This document shows, one piece after another, positions 1-9,164 of a stretch of 64,000 nucleotides of DNA. The translations under genes were made by a program, and so were the position numbers. Position 1 is the first letter of the stretch. Every line of letters starts with the position of its first letter. The notes beneath the pieces are model-generated. The model was not told the origin of the DNA and ran no database searches. It was given only the letters and a program-made list of their open reading frames with translations. The DNA is from an uncultured Chloroflexia bacterium (GTDB taxonomy: Bacteria; Chloroflexota; Limnocylindria; Limnocylindrales; CSP1-4), in contig CAVVJT010000010.1 in the NCBI GenBank assembly GCA_963748625.1, forward strand, positions 1,120,001-1,184,000, in the 5' to 3' direction.

Positions 1-1
1 C

Positions 2-1132
2 ATGGGCCGGAGCTCGGATGGCGTGCTTGCCGCCCGGGCCAAGGCGATCCTGGAGGAGGCGACACCCATCGTCGAGGACGACGTCGCGCGCCGCGTGCTG
101 GGCCAGGACCCGTGGGGCGACACCTTCATGCTCTGGGTCATCGCGCGCCGGGCCCGGGCGCTCACCCACGTGCGCGGGCTTGCGACCGCCATCGCGTCGC
201 GGTATGCCGCCCGGGCTGAGCGCGCCAGGGGCCTGGTGCTCGGGCGGGCCTTCCCCTACTTCGACAAGCCGATGCTCTCGGCGACCGCGCACCTGGCGTC
301 GGCGGCGGCCCGGATCGGTGATGGGGTCGACATCGTCGCGCCGGCCGTGGCCTGGCTGCCGGGCCAGCGCAATGCCGACGGCGGCTGGGGCGACCCCGGG
401 CAGGGCTCCGAGATCCTCACGACCATCGCCGTCGCAGAGCTGCTGGGCCACCTGGATCCGGCCTTCGAGCCCGCGTCCGTGCTGGAGATGCTGGGGGACC
501 TGGTCGCGCGCGGCGACCCGCGCCCGGAGCTCATCGGCCCCGAGTGGCCCTGGGTTGCGGCTGAGCTCCTTGCCTTCGCAGACTGGTGCCGGCGCCCCTT
601 CCGGGAGCGGTTCCGCTGGCCGCACGTGCCGGGCTACATGGTGGACCAGCGGGTCCGCGTGCCGCGCTACGAGGCGTACCTCGTGGACGCCCGCCTGTTC
701 GAGGGGATCCCCGGGCTGTCGGCGGCGCCCGTGGAGATCGGGTTCCTGGACATGGCGGGCTTCGGGGCGTGGAACACGGGCTACGGCCAGGCGGCGGGCG
801 ACGAGCTCCTGGCGCTGCTCACCTCGGAGCTGCGGACGCTGCCGGAGTCACGCACCATCCGCGACGGCGGCGACGAGTTCCTTGTGGTCGGCGCGCCCCA
901 GGCGACGGGCCTCGAGGAGCGGTTGCGGGCGATGTTCGCCCGCTGGGCGGCGGTCTCCCGCGAGCACTACCCGGACCTGCCGGTCGTGCCGCTTCGGGCT
1001 TCGGTGACGATGACCCGGGCCGACGGCCTGCGCACAGCCCGCGAGAACCTCGGCCGCTGGATAGGCGAGGTCAAGCACGCGTACCCGGACCCGCCGCCCG
1101 AGGGCGTCGTGCGCTGGTACCCGTCGGCGTAA
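2..1132 (+). CDS. GGDEF-domain protein with N-terminal prenyltransferase/squalene-cyclase-like repeat (probably 5'-truncated by the window edge)
   Basis: QW-like motif QRNADGGWG; C-terminal FLDMAGF...NTGYGQAAGDELL...IRDGGDEF. Confidence 0.7.
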   Translation: MGRSSDGVLAARAKAILEEATPIVEDDVARRVLGQDPWGDTFMLWVIARRARALTHVRGLATAIASRYAARAERARGLVLGRAFPYFDKPMLSATAHLASAAARIGDGVDIVAPAVAWLPGQRNADGGWGDPGQGSEILTTIAVAELLGHLDPAFEPASVLEMLGDLVARGDPRPELIGPEWPWVAAELLAFADWCRRPFRERFRWPHVPGYMVDQRVRVPRYEAYLVDARLFEGIPGLSAAPVEIGFLDMAGFGAWNTGYGQAAGDELLALLTSELRTLPESRTIRDGGDEFLVVGAPQATGLEERLRAMFARWAAVSREHYPDLPVVPLRASVTMTRADGLRTARENLGRWIGEVKHAYPDPPPEGVVRWYPSA

Positions 1133-1187
1133 GCATCAGCATCGGCATCGGCGGGGTGCCCGGCCCAGCGGGTGCCCGGCTTCGGGC

Positions 1188-1348
1188 GTGCATCGCACGC
1201 ACACTTCCGTGCCTTGCCTGTCGCCCGCAGGCATCGCAAGCACGACGGCGACAGCTTCCGGGGCCATTCGGGCCCGTTGCCGCGTCGGCAACGTGCAGCG
1301 CACGCACGCATGGAGCACGACAACCCCGAAAGTGTGCGTCGCGTACAC
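1188..1348. repeat. Intergenic element bounded by inverted repeats (MITE/REPIN-like)
   Basis: ACGCACACTT (1197-1206) and AAGTGTGCGT (1330-1339) are a perfect 10-bp inverted pair with imperfect extension. Confidence 0.45.
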
Positions 1349-1409
1349 GAGCGCGCCCGCGCCGACGAGCGCGCCCGCGCCGACGAGCGCGCCCGCGCCG
1401 ACGAGCGCG
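1347..1409. repeat. 18-bp tandem repeat x3.5
   Basis: Unit ACGAGCGCGCCCGCGCCG. Confidence 0.95.
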
Positions 1410-1421
1410 GCTGGCCCGGAC

Positions 1422-2609
1422 TCAGTCGAGCAGGCCCAGCAGCATGGCGCCGAACAGCACGGCCGTTCCGAGCGTCAGCAGCACCCGGGCCATCCCGCGA
1501 CCGCCGTCCCGGAGATGGACGACCGCGCCGGCGACCAGGATCGCGAGCGCGACGGCCCCGAGCAGGAGCACCTCGAGCTCGAGCAGCAGCGGCTGGCCGT
1601 CGCGGAGCGCCGCCGCTCCCACGAACAAGGCAAGCGCGCCCAACCCGAGCGCGGTGCCGGAGATGATGCGGACGAGCGGCATGGCGACCTCCTCCTTCCG
1701 CGGATGTGTCGCGACCAGGGACGCGCCGATGGCCGTCCCGAGCACGACGACGATCACGAGCAGTGCAACGGCGATAGGGATGTCGATGAAGCCACCGACG
1801 AGGATCTTCACGCCGGCGAACACGAGCAGCACGGCGAGGCCGAGCTTGAGGTAGATGAAGCGGTCGAGCAGGCCCGCAAGCAGGAAGTACAGGCTCCGCA
1901 GCCCGAGGATCGCGAACAGGTTGGAGCTGAACACGAGGAACGGGTCCGTGGTCACAGCGAACACGGCCGGGATGGAGTCGATCGCGAACATGATGTCGGT
2001 CGTCTCCACCACGAGCAGCACTGCCAGCAGCGGTGTGGCCAGCAGCCGGCCGCCCTCCCGGACGACGAAGGCGGCGCCGCGGTAGTCGTCGGTCATGGGC
2101 ACGACGCGCCGGAAGACCCGCAGCACCGGGTTGCGCGAGGGGTCGACGGCATGCCCCTTGGAGCGGGCGAGCCGGATGCCCGTCACGACCAGCAGGGCGC
2201 CCAGCAGGTAGATGACCCAGTGCGCCGCCTCGAGGATGGCGGTGCCGGCCCCGATGAACACCGCACGGAAGACGATGGCACCCAGGATTCCCCAGAACAG
2301 CAGCCGGTGCTGGTAGGCGGCAGGGACGGCGAAGGCGGCGAACACGAGGGCGAAGACGAAGACGTTGTCCACCGAGAGCGACAACTCGATGAGGTAGCCC
2401 GCGAGGTACTCGCCGCCCGCCGTGCTGCCCTGCGTGACCGCGATGTAGCCGCCGAACGCGAGGGCGAGCGACACCCAGACCGCGCTCCAGAACGCCGCCT
2501 GGCGAAACGGGACCACCTCGGCCCGCCGGTGGAGCACGAGGAGGTCCAGGGCGAGCATGCCGCCAACGATCGCAGCAAGCAGGATCCACGGGAGGAGATC
2601 TGGGGACAC
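1422..2609 (-). CDS. TerC/Alx family membrane protein with C-terminal hydrophobic extension
   Basis: GYLIELSLSVDNVFVF, DIMFAIDSIPA and SSNLFAILGLRSLYF motifs; GTG start after GGAGG. Confidence 0.92.
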   Translation of the reverse strand: MSPDLLPWILLAAIVGGMLALDLLVLHRRAEVVPFRQAAFWSAVWVSLALAFGGYIAVTQGSTAGGEYLAGYLIELSLSVDNVFVFALVFAAFAVPAAYQHRLLFWGILGAIVFRAVFIGAGTAILEAAHWVIYLLGALLVVTGIRLARSKGHAVDPSRNPVLRVFRRVVPMTDDYRGAAFVVREGGRLLATPLLAVLLVVETTDIMFAIDSIPAVFAVTTDPFLVFSSNLFAILGLRSLYFLLAGLLDRFIYLKLGLAVLLVFAGVKILVGGFIDIPIAVALLVIVVVLGTAIGASLVATHPRKEEVAMPLVRIISGTALGLGALALFVGAAALRDGQPLLLELEVLLLGAVALAILVAGAVVHLRDGGRGMARVLLTLGTAVLFGAMLLGLLD

Positions 2610-2633
2610 GCAGCAGCCTCCGGCGATGATGCC

Positions 2634-2730
2634 GAAGGTCTCTCCCGACCGGCCTCGCGCCGGTCGCTCACAGCGGGCCACGACGGGTGGCCGGGATGAC
2701 GCCGCAGAGCCGGGTGGGATACTCCCCTTC
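2634..2730 (-). ncRNA. yybP-ykoY manganese riboswitch
   Basis: Minus strand reads GAAGGGGAGTA...CGTCATC...GAGACCTTC with GAAGG/CCTTC P1 pairing, directly upstream of TerC/Alx, its canonical context. Confidence 0.85.
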
Positions 2731-2799
2731 GCCCGGTAGGGTGAGCCACAGGCGGGCGCCCGGGTCAAGTGCCGGACGACGCTGCGTGCAGGCGCGACA

Positions 2800-2874
2800 T
2801 GGTGAGCCCGCTGGGATTCGAACCCAGGACCAAGGGATTAAAAGTCCCCTGCTCTACCGCTGAGCTACGGGCCC
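2800..2874 (-). tRNA. tRNA-Lys (anticodon TTT)
   Basis: GGGCCCGTAGCTCAGCGGTAGAGCAGGGGACTTTTAATCCCTTGGTCCTGGGTTCGAATCCCAGCGGGCTCACCA; cloverleaf with encoded CCA. Confidence 0.98.
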
Positions 2875-2883
2875 CGTGCAACT

Positions 2884-4251
2884 CTACCGGGTGGGGACCT
2901 CCCGGCGGCCTGCGGCGCTGGTGATGCCCGCGGCGCCGGCCCTGGCTGCGTACGGCCGGCGGTCAAGGGAGCGGGCCACGCCCCAGCGTCGGGCCTGCAT
3001 CCGCCAGCCGATGCTGCCGACCGCGCGGTAGAGGCGGGCCTGCACGAAGGGCCGGGCGAGATGCTCCTGGGCAGCAGCCGGGATTGCGGTCCCGTGCGCC
3101 AGAGCGTCGGCGGCGAGGTCCAGGGCGGCGCGCGCGTGACCCGCTCGGCCCACCGTGTCGAGCGGGGCGCCATGGACGAGGCCCTCACCGGCACCCAGGG
3201 CCAGGCCACCGGCCCAGGTGAACCCGGCCTCCACGGCGAACTGCGCGGAGACCGCGAGGGCCGGAGCGATGTGCGCGGCCTCCGGGAAGCCGCAGTTGAC
3301 GATGGCGGCGAACGCCGGCCGAACTGGACCCAGAGCCACACTGCCGTTCGCGCGGCGGGCCGCCAGCCCCTCGAGGACGCGGGTCACCGGCGCCGGGAGC
3401 GTGTCCACGTAGAGCGGCGCGGCGAGCACCACGAGGTCGGCGGCCTCCACGATGTCGAGCGCGCGGTCGAGGCGGGCGGGTGCGCCCGCGACCGGGTACA
3501 GCTGGATCGTGTCCACCTCGACACCCCGCTCGTCGAGCTGGCCCGACAGGTACGCGCCGAGCGACGCGGAGGTGCTGGTCCTGGTCCGCGGGCTGCCCAC
3601 CAGGACCACGGCGCGCGTCGGAGCCGGCCAGGTGCCGGGATCGCCGTCGGGTGCCGGCACCGGGTCCGCGGGCAGCCGCCGGCCGCGGCCGATGTCCTCC
3701 ATCGCGCCGGCGACGAGCGAACCGATCGCATCGTCCGCCATCCCCGCGTGGACGACCCGGGCCGCGGATGCGCCGGCATGGAGGTTGCGGGCGTTGCGAC
3801 CCGCAAGCGAGGAGAAGACGGCCTCCGCCGCCGCGTCGGGCGCATCGAGCCAGCCGATGGCGAGCAGGTCCGGGTAGCGCGCATATCGCATCTGGTGGTG
3901 GGTCTCGCCGGCGATCTGGGCGAACCCCGGCATGAGGAGCTGGATCTGGTGGTCGAGCGCCTTCTTGAGCTCCGACGAGTAGCCCCCGAACGTCACCGGC
4001 GACAGGAGCACGAGGAGGTCGCTGCGGATCGTGGCTGCAGCGATCGCGCGGTTGTCATCGTCGGTGTTGCACTGGCCCGGGCTCCGGATCCAGCAGTAGA
4101 AGTCGCCCGCGCAGTTGCCGATCCGCGCCTCGCGCAGGGTGACGCTCTCGGTCGTCCAGCCGGCTGCGGCCAGCCTGGCCTCGACGGCCTCGCGGACCCG
4201 CGCCCCGGCTCCACCGGCATCGAGCGACCCGTCGAGCACAAGTGCATGCAT
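2884..4251 (-). CDS. Tandem flavodoxin-like / NAD(P)H-dependent FMN reductase family protein
   Basis: Two flavodoxin folds (LVLDGS and LVGSPR...S starts); CAGDFYCW...GQC motif; APLYVD motif. Confidence 0.8.
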   Translation of the reverse strand: MHALVLDGSLDAGGAGARVREAVEARLAAAGWTTESVTLREARIGNCAGDFYCWIRSPGQCNTDDDNRAIAAATIRSDLLVLLSPVTFGGYSSELKKALDHQIQLLMPGFAQIAGETHHQMRYARYPDLLAIGWLDAPDAAAEAVFSSLAGRNARNLHAGASAARVVHAGMADDAIGSLVAGAMEDIGRGRRLPADPVPAPDGDPGTWPAPTRAVVLVGSPRTRTSTSASLGAYLSGQLDERGVEVDTIQLYPVAGAPARLDRALDIVEAADLVVLAAPLYVDTLPAPVTRVLEGLAARRANGSVALGPVRPAFAAIVNCGFPEAAHIAPALAVSAQFAVEAGFTWAGGLALGAGEGLVHGAPLDTVGRAGHARAALDLAADALAHGTAIPAAAQEHLARPFVQARLYRAVGSIGWRMQARRWGVARSLDRRPYAARAGAAGITSAAGRREVPTR

Positions 4252-4277
4252 GGCCGTGTCCTCCTGTGCGCCTGCGG

Positions 4278-4778
4278 TCAGGCCGCGACCGACGGGTGAC
4301 GCTCGCGCCGCTGGCGGGCCGAGGCGTGCGAGCCGCCGACCGGAACCGTGCCCACCGCGCCGCCGAGCCCGAAGCCCGCCGGGATGTCAACGTAGAGCGA
4401 CTCGACCGCTCCCGGCTCCGTCACGTAGGTCTCGTGGAACAGGCCTACGGCCCCGGCCGCGGCCTTGGACCGGCGGTAGAACGCGGTCCAGGCGGGGCGG
4501 TGCGCGGCGCCGTCGGAGCGCGCGTACTGCTCGAGTGCCTCGAACGAGCGCCAGTAGCTCACCACCATGATCGTCCGCCCCGACAAGAAGGTCCGGGCGC
4601 CCAGGAGGCCCAGCTCCGGCTGCGTGGACAGCTCGCTGAGCATCGGGCCCATGGCGCGCGCGGCCGGCAGCCAGCCGCGGAGGCTGCGCAGGCGGTTGAT
4701 CCGCATGCCGACCAGGAAGACGACAACAGGGGCATCGACATCGGCCATCAGGCGGACGGTCGGCTGGGCTGCAGGCAT
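4278..4778 (-). CDS. DUF4188 family (monooxygenase-like) protein
   Basis: VVFLVGMRIN, YWRSFEALE.YA, H..AW and VGLFHETY motifs. Confidence 0.85.
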   Translation of the reverse strand: MPAAQPTVRLMADVDAPVVVFLVGMRINRLRSLRGWLPAARAMGPMLSELSTQPELGLLGARTFLSGRTIMVVSYWRSFEALEQYARSDGAAHRPAWTAFYRRSKAAAGAVGLFHETYVTEPGAVESLYVDIPAGFGLGGAVGTVPVGGSHASARQRRERHPSVAA

Positions 4779-4813
4779 GGGTGGCGGGCTCCAGGTGGGT
4801 CGGGGACGCTTGG

Positions 4814-4859
4814 TGTTGACAGCGTCAACATTACGCGATGGATGTGAACACTGTCAACA
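4814..4859. promoter_or_regulatory. Two palindromic TetR-type operator sites in a divergent promoter
   Basis: TGTTGAC-AGC-GTCAACA (4814-4830, perfect) and TGTGAAC-ACT-GTCAACA (4843-4859). Confidence 0.75.
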
Positions 4860-4878
4860 CCTGTGCGACAATGCCGCC

Positions 4879-5475
4879 ATGCGCGATCGTCCCTACCACC
4901 ACGGCGACCTGTACGAGGCCCTTGTCACGGCCGGCGTCGAGGCCGCCCGCGCCGGCGGGCCATCGGCCATCTCCATCCGCGTGCTCGCGAAGACCGTCGG
5001 CGTCTCACCGACGGCCGCCTACCGCCACTTCCCCAGCCTCGAGCACCTCGTGGCGGCGGTGTCCCAGCGCGCCCGCGAGCTGCTGGCGACGGCGATGGGC
5101 GCCGCCATGGACGAGGTCCACACGGACGATGCCGCGGCGCGGGCCTGGGACCGGCTCCTTGCCAGCGGACGGGCCTACGTGCGGTTCGCCGTGGCCGAGC
5201 GGCACCTGTTCGCGATGGCCTTCGTCCCGTGCGAGGCGCCGCCGCCCCGCCCCGACGATCCCGACGCGTGGGCGCTGCTGGTCGGGACGCTCGAGGATGT
5301 GGGTCGCACCGGAGGACTCGCGCTATCGCCGCCGATGACCGCACCGGTCGCGGCCTGGGCGATGGTCCACGGCCTCGCGGGCATCGTCACCGGCACCACG
5401 CTGCCCCCCGAGGTCAACCCCGATGCACTGACCGACGCCGTCCTCGGCGTCCTCCTGCGCGGCCTGCGAGCCTGA
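4879..5475 (+). CDS. TetR/AcrR family regulator (WHG-type C-terminus)
   Basis: YHHGDL start, HTH ending AAYRHF, WAMVHG. Confidence 0.92.
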   Translation: MRDRPYHHGDLYEALVTAGVEAARAGGPSAISIRVLAKTVGVSPTAAYRHFPSLEHLVAAVSQRARELLATAMGAAMDEVHTDDAAARAWDRLLASGRAYVRFAVAERHLFAMAFVPCEAPPPRPDDPDAWALLVGTLEDVGRTGGLALSPPMTAPVAAWAMVHGLAGIVTGTTLPPEVNPDALTDAVLGVLLRGLRA

Positions 5476-5522
5476 TCTCCGCGGAGCCGCAGCAGGCGCC
5501 CGGGGCGCACGGCCGATCCCGC

Positions 5523-5993
5523 TCAGGCGACCGGGCGCGCCCCGTGCGGGCCTGCCTCGCCTGGGCCTGCCTCGCCTGGGCCTGCCTCGCCCCGGCCAGG
5601 GCGGCGGTCCCGGCCGGGCCCCTCGTCGGACACGATGCGGCGGTGGCGCAGCGACCACTTGCGCAGTGACTTGGGGAGGTGGCTTCCGACCGCGCCGATG
5701 ACGAGGGCGGCCACGGCGACCGGGACCTCGGCGCCCTTGGCGCGATGGAAGGCGACCAGGACGCCGACATGGGCGAACACGAGGAGCCCACGGCCCTCGT
5801 AGGCCCAGTGGCGGCTGTGGGAGGCCTCGGTCGCGAGCAGGGCGGCCCCCGTCAGCGTGGTCGCCGTGCGCCAGCGGGAGGCCGCCGTCGGGTGCCCGGC
5901 CATCCGCCCGCCGAGGTAGCCCGCCATCGCCAGGAGGTGCGCGGTGCGGGCGATGATCGCGACCGTGCGCGGAGCGGGATCGTAGGGGTTCAT
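5523..5993 (-). CDS. Small hypothetical membrane protein
   Basis: ATGA overlap with moeA stop; hydrophobic segments; GSH.PK..RKWS motif; a 15-bp x3 repeat encodes GEAGP units near the end. Confidence 0.65.
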   Translation of the reverse strand: MNPYDPAPRTVAIIARTAHLLAMAGYLGGRMAGHPTAASRWRTATTLTGAALLATEASHSRHWAYEGRGLLVFAHVGVLVAFHRAKGAEVPVAVAALVIGAVGSHLPKSLRKWSLRHRRIVSDEGPGRDRRPGRGEAGPGEAGPGEAGPHGARPVA

Positions 5994-7210
5994 GACCGGC
6001 CCTCGCCCATAGCGCCCTCGTGGCGCAGGAAGTGGATGTCCACCAGGGTGCCCGCGGGGAGGACGTCCTCGCCCGGCGGCACCAGCGCGATCGCGTCCGC
6101 GTTGGCGAGGGTGCTCACGAACCCTGTGGCCTGGCGCCCGGCGCTCCCGGCGAGCAGCCCGTCCGGGCCGTCCTCCACGACCACCCGGACCAGCGTCAGG
6201 CGGTCCACGCGGGGCCGGATCTCGTGGGTGAGGCGGGCGCGCGCGGGCGGTCCGGCAGGGATCGGCACGCCCGAGAGGCGCCGCAACGCGGGCCGGACCA
6301 GCGTCTCGAAGGTGAGCAGCGCGGCCACCGGGTTGCCAGGCAGCGACAGGATGCACGTCGCGCCGGCGAACGCGCAGGCGAACGGGCGGCCGGGCTGGAT
6401 GTCCACCTTGTAGAAGCGCTCCGCGGCGCCCAGCTCCGCGAGGGTCTCGCGGACCAGGTCGCGCTCGCCGGTGGACACGCCTGCCGACGTGAGCAGGACG
6501 TCAGCCTCCAGGCCCGTCCGGAGCAGTTCCCGCAGCTCGTCGGGCTCGTCGGGTGCCACACCCAGCAGCACGGGCACACCCCCAGCGCGCGCGGTCGCCG
6601 CGGCCAGCATCGACGCGTTGCTGTCGTAGATGGCGCCGGGCGGCAGGGGCTCGCCGGGCGCGACCAGCTCGTTGCCGGTGGACAGGATGGCGACCCGCGG
6701 GCGGCGGTGGACCCGGACCGCCACCCGGCCAATGGACGCCAGCACCGCGACCTCGGGCGGCCCGACGATCGTGCCCGCGCGCAGGCACGCGTCACCCGTT
6801 CGCATGTCGCCCCCGCGCAGTCGCACGTGGTCGCCCGGCGCCACCGGCCCGCGCACCCGGATGGTGCCATCGACCTCGTCCACAACCTCGAAGGGGATCA
6901 CCGCGTCGCCGCCCGGCGGCATCCGGGCGCCGGTCAGGATCTGGACGGCTGTGCCGGGCCGGACGTCCACCACCTCGCGATCGCCGGCGGCGATGGTGCC
7001 GATGACCTCCAGGCGGACGCCGGCGACGCAGTCCGCGGCCCGCACGGCGAACCCGTCCATCGCGGAGTTGTCCCAGTGCGGGAGGTCGAATGGGGCCCGG
7101 ATGTCCTCGGCGAGCACGCGGCCGTCCACCGCCGCGAGCGCCACCTCCTCCGCCTCGAGCGGCCGGAGCCCGTCGAGGATGAGGTCGCGCGCGATGTCGA
7201 GCGAGGGCAC
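5990..7210 (-). CDS. moeA: Molybdopterin molybdenum/tungsten transferase MoeA
   Basis: DNSAMDGFAV, ILSTGNEL, IYDSN, GVSTGERD and LPGNP motifs. Confidence 0.95.
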   Translation of the reverse strand: MPSLDIARDLILDGLRPLEAEEVALAAVDGRVLAEDIRAPFDLPHWDNSAMDGFAVRAADCVAGVRLEVIGTIAAGDREVVDVRPGTAVQILTGARMPPGGDAVIPFEVVDEVDGTIRVRGPVAPGDHVRLRGGDMRTGDACLRAGTIVGPPEVAVLASIGRVAVRVHRRPRVAILSTGNELVAPGEPLPPGAIYDSNASMLAAATARAGGVPVLLGVAPDEPDELRELLRTGLEADVLLTSAGVSTGERDLVRETLAELGAAERFYKVDIQPGRPFACAFAGATCILSLPGNPVAALLTFETLVRPALRRLSGVPIPAGPPARARLTHEIRPRVDRLTLVRVVVEDGPDGLLAGSAGRQATGFVSTLANADAIALVPPGEDVLPAGTLVDIHFLRHEGAMGEGRS

Positions 7211-7319
7211 GTGGATCTCCCGTGGGGCGGCTGATCCCCAGGCTGCGCGAGGTCCCGGAAACACGGGCCGGAGTTCCCTGTGAACCGGATTGCGGCGCGG
7301 ATGATACTCCCGCACGAGG

Positions 7320-7343
7320 CGCTATGGCCAAGTTGACATGGCC
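7320..7343. promoter_or_regulatory. Candidate ModE-binding site between moeA and aor
   Basis: CGCTATG-N10-CATGGCC imperfect palindrome resembling CGCTAT-type Mo boxes; a modE gene is in the cluster. Confidence 0.4.
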
Positions 7344-7379
7344 CTTCCGGGGCGCCCTCGATGGTGGAGAGTTGCGGCA

Positions 7380-9116
7380 ATGGACATGATCCTGCGCATC
7401 AACATGGGCGCCGAAGGTGGACCCAGTGCGAGCGTCGAGGAGATGGGCAAGTACGCGGGCCTGGGCGGCCGCGCGATGACGTCGCTCATCGTGGCCGACG
7501 AGGTGGACCCGATGTGCCACCCCCTCGGGGCCGATAACAAGCTGGTGTTCGCGCCCGGCATGCTGACCGGGTCCGCTGCCTCGACCAGCGGCCGCATCTC
7601 CGTGGGCTGCAAGAGCCCCCTGACCGGCGGCATCAAGGAGGCCAACGCCGGTGGCCAGGCGGGCCAGGCGCTCGCGCGGCTCGGCTACCGCGCGGTCATC
7701 GTCGAGGGCAGGCCCGCGGGCGACGACCTCTGGACGATCCTGGTGAACCAGGACGGCGTCTCCTTCAAGGTCGACAACGACCTGAAGATGAAGGGCACCT
7801 ACGACACCGTCGACAAGCTCAAGGGCGAGTACGGCGACAAGGTCACCTTCATGATCATCGGGCAGGCCGGCGAGATGATGCTTGGCGGCGCCTCGATCGC
7901 CGCGTGCGACCGCGAGCTGCACCCCACCCGCCACATGGGCCGGGGCGGCGTCGGCGCGGTCATGGGCTCCAAGCGGATCAAGGCGTTCATCCTCGACGAG
8001 GCCGGCACGAAGACCCGCCCGCCCAAGGACGAGGCGCGCTTCAAGGAGGCTGCCCGGATCTTCAACGAGGGCCTCCGGCGTCACGGCGTGTCAGGCCAGG
8101 GCCTGCCGTCGTTCGGCACGAACGTCCTGACCAACATCCTCAACGAGGCCGGCGGCTACCCGACCAACAACTTCCAGACGGGCCGCTTCGAGGGTCACGA
8201 GAAGATCTCGGGCGAGACCCAGGCCGCCGTCATGACCGAACGCGGCGGCGAGGCCACCCACGCCTGCCACCGTGGCTGCATCATCCAGTGCTCGGGCATC
8301 TTCAACGACGCCACCGGCAAGTACAAGAGCAAGCAGGCCGAGTACGAGACCGTCTGGTCCCACGGCGGCAACTGCGGCATCAGCGACCTGGACATCATCC
8401 AGGAGCTGGACCGCATGGATGACGACTTCGGCCTCGACACGATCGAGACCGGCGTGGCCATCGGTGTCGCCATGGAGGGCGGCCTCCTGGAGTTCGGCGA
8501 CGGCCCCGGTGCGATCAAGGTCCTCGCCGAGGTGGGCAAGGGCACGCCGCTGGGCCGCATCATCGGTTCCGGCGCGGGCGTGACCGGCAAGGCCTTCGGC
8601 GTGGAGCGCGTCCCGGTCGTCAAGAACCAGGCGCTGCCCGCGTACGATCCGCGCGCCGTCCAGGGCATGGGCGTGACCTACGCCACCACCCCCATGGGCG
8701 CCGACCACACCGCGGGCTACGCGGTCGCGACGAACATCCTCCGCGTGGGCGGGTTCGTCGATCCGCTCCAGCCCGATGGCCAGATGGAGCTCTCCCGGAA
8801 CCTGCAGATCGCCACCGCGGCGATCGACTCCACCGGGATGTGCCTGTTCATCGCGTTCCCCATCCTCGACCAGCCGGACACGTTCGATGCCCTCGTCGAG
8901 ATCATCAACGGGTTCTTCGACATCAACCTCACCGCGGCCGACGTCACGGCGCTCGGCAAGCGGGTCCTCGAGACCGAGCGGGACTTCAATGCCCGCGCCG
9001 GCTTCACGGCCGCCGATGACCGCCTCCCGGCGTTCTTCGAGAACGAGCCGGTCGCTCCGCACAACGTGACCTTCACGGTCACGCACGAGGAGCTCGACAA
9101 GGTCTTCGCCTGGTAG
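7380..9116 (+). CDS. aor: Aldehyde:ferredoxin oxidoreductase (AOR family, tungstopterin)
   Basis: KSPLTGGIKEANAGG, GRGG.GAVMGSK, CHRGCIIQC, EYET, D.FGLDTI, YDPR, GADHT and DSTGMC motifs. Confidence 0.95.
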   Translation: MDMILRINMGAEGGPSASVEEMGKYAGLGGRAMTSLIVADEVDPMCHPLGADNKLVFAPGMLTGSAASTSGRISVGCKSPLTGGIKEANAGGQAGQALARLGYRAVIVEGRPAGDDLWTILVNQDGVSFKVDNDLKMKGTYDTVDKLKGEYGDKVTFMIIGQAGEMMLGGASIAACDRELHPTRHMGRGGVGAVMGSKRIKAFILDEAGTKTRPPKDEARFKEAARIFNEGLRRHGVSGQGLPSFGTNVLTNILNEAGGYPTNNFQTGRFEGHEKISGETQAAVMTERGGEATHACHRGCIIQCSGIFNDATGKYKSKQAEYETVWSHGGNCGISDLDIIQELDRMDDDFGLDTIETGVAIGVAMEGGLLEFGDGPGAIKVLAEVGKGTPLGRIIGSGAGVTGKAFGVERVPVVKNQALPAYDPRAVQGMGVTYATTPMGADHTAGYAVATNILRVGGFVDPLQPDGQMELSRNLQIATAAIDSTGMCLFIAFPILDQPDTFDALVEIINGFFDINLTAADVTALGKRVLETERDFNARAGFTAADDRLPAFFENEPVAPHNVTFTVTHEELDKVFAW

Positions 9117-9125
9117 AACGTCCCG

Positions 9126-9164
9126 ACGCTGCCGCCGCGCATCCCCCGAGCGCGGCGGCAGCGT
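9126..9164 (+). terminator. Strong GC hairpin after aor (terminator or mRNA stabiliser)
   Basis: ACGCTGCCGCCGCGC / GCGCGGCGGCAGCGT 15-bp stem; no clear U-tract. Confidence 0.55.

Noticed and set aside
2790-2800. TGTC right after the tRNA-Lys CCA as another IS481 end
   Set aside because: Only 4 bp match; no subterminal repeats and no target duplication
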